NCBI GenBank assembly: GCA_021162885.1
Contig: JAGGXV010000022.1
Span: 57,571 to 121,570 of the forward strand
DNA length: 64,000 bases
Direction of reading: 5' to 3'
Source of the DNA: a bacterium
GTDB taxonomy: Bacteria > Patescibacteriota > Minisyncoccia > Minisyncoccales > CG1-02-41-26
Part shown: positions 63,408 through 64,000 of the stretch, piece after piece
How the letters are laid out: every line of letters starts with the position of its first letter
Position numbering within the stretch: position 1 is the first letter of the stretch
The notes under the pieces: generated by a model
What the model saw: the letters and a program-made list of their open reading frames with translations, nothing else
Databases searched by the model: none
What the model was told of the DNA's origin: nothing
Made by a program: the position numbers and the translations under genes

Positions 63408-63971
63408 CTAAAATATCTCCAAATCTTTAAAAACTTTTTCAAAGGTATCGATAACTTCTTCTGCTTTTTCTTTTGACAACAGATAATCAGGGTCACGAGC
63501 GATATCCTGACAAACCTGAACAGCTTCTTTGACCGATGAAAGATTTGAAATATCATCTTCAGTTAACTTCTCCAATCTCTCGGTTAAACTTTCTCCAGCA
63601 AAACCAGCTCTTTTTAAAATATTGTCAAACATCTCTAATCCTTCAAGTAAGCTAAGTTTTTGTTGGGCTGGAGTACCTTTTTTAAATCGTTTTTTAATCT
63701 TTTCCCATTTTCTGGCTATTCTCCTTTGGCTAAAGTCTCGGAAAGATGAAAAATCCCCAAAATCTTCTCCCATTACCTCGTTAAGGTAACTGGATCTGGC
63801 AAGAAGATACAAAATAGCCAGAAAAAACAAAACAGAAATAGTAATGCAAATTATTTTTAAAACAAAAAGTTGCTCCTGAAGTTGAGGAGAAACGAGAAAC
63901 TGAAAAATCTCTTTGGCTTTCTGAATGGGTTGGCCAAGATTAGTTGTTTTTGGGACAATTTCTGACCACAT
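63408..63971 (-). CDS. Hypothetical membrane-anchored helical protein
   Basis: TM followed by W..I, LK..G..GESL.ERL and IA.DPDY.L. Confidence 0.75.
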   Translation of the reverse strand: MWSEIVPKTTNLGQPIQKAKEIFQFLVSPQLQEQLFVLKIICITISVLFFLAILYLLARSSYLNEVMGEDFGDFSSFRDFSQRRIARKWEKIKKRFKKGTPAQQKLSLLEGLEMFDNILKRAGFAGESLTERLEKLTEDDISNLSSVKEAVQVCQDIARDPDYLLSKEKAEEVIDTFEKVFKDLEIF

Positions 63972-64000
63972 TTTCTTATTCGCTTAAACTAATTTTTCAG

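Noticed and set aside
63124-63411. ORFs 63124..63378 and 63205..63411 as intron-encoded proteins
   Set aside because: They overlap the tRNA exon and the intron catalytic core and have no endonuclease motifs.

Overview
This is a low-GC, gene-dense bacterial chromosome segment with a Patescibacteria/CPR (Parcubacteria-like) character; the lineage is inferred from gene content. Most genes are on the minus strand. Housekeeping content: the start of the dcw cluster (mraZ-rsmH-ftsL-like-PBP), a sortase/CAP/surface-protein block, a Clp ATPase, rplJL, mltG, pcm, ychF, trmD, khpA, rpsP, rnc, nusB, rpmF, rnhB, dnaE, thrS, miaB, miaA, an rpsU-like gene, fba, gatB, a dTMP cluster (dCMP deaminase-thyX-glyA-folD-tmk-deoC), rplK-nusG-secE, intein-bearing gyrB, pheST and seven tRNAs, one of which carries a group I intron. 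Two things are not explained by ordinary annotation. (1) A ~7 kb integrase-free island (about 22.9-30.2 kb) splits rpsP from khpA-trmD. It has three tandem perfect sigma70 promoters, a ~0.8 kb hairpin-dense non-coding leader, and a chain of small SD-led genes including an orphan Csx3/Crn3 ring nuclease. These genes are separated by repeated hairpins whose mismatches are mostly G-U pairs on the transcribed strand. (2) Several distinct families of miniature repeat elements occur between genes and in-frame inside essential genes. They include heptamer inverted-repeat elements (one still holds a four-helix-bundle gene remnant), 36-nt CGATCG-centred palindromes that bracket a PaaX-like gene, TCGCGAA repeats, and CCCTGT...ACAGGG hairpins. 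All calls were made by eye; no database searches or folding programs were run.
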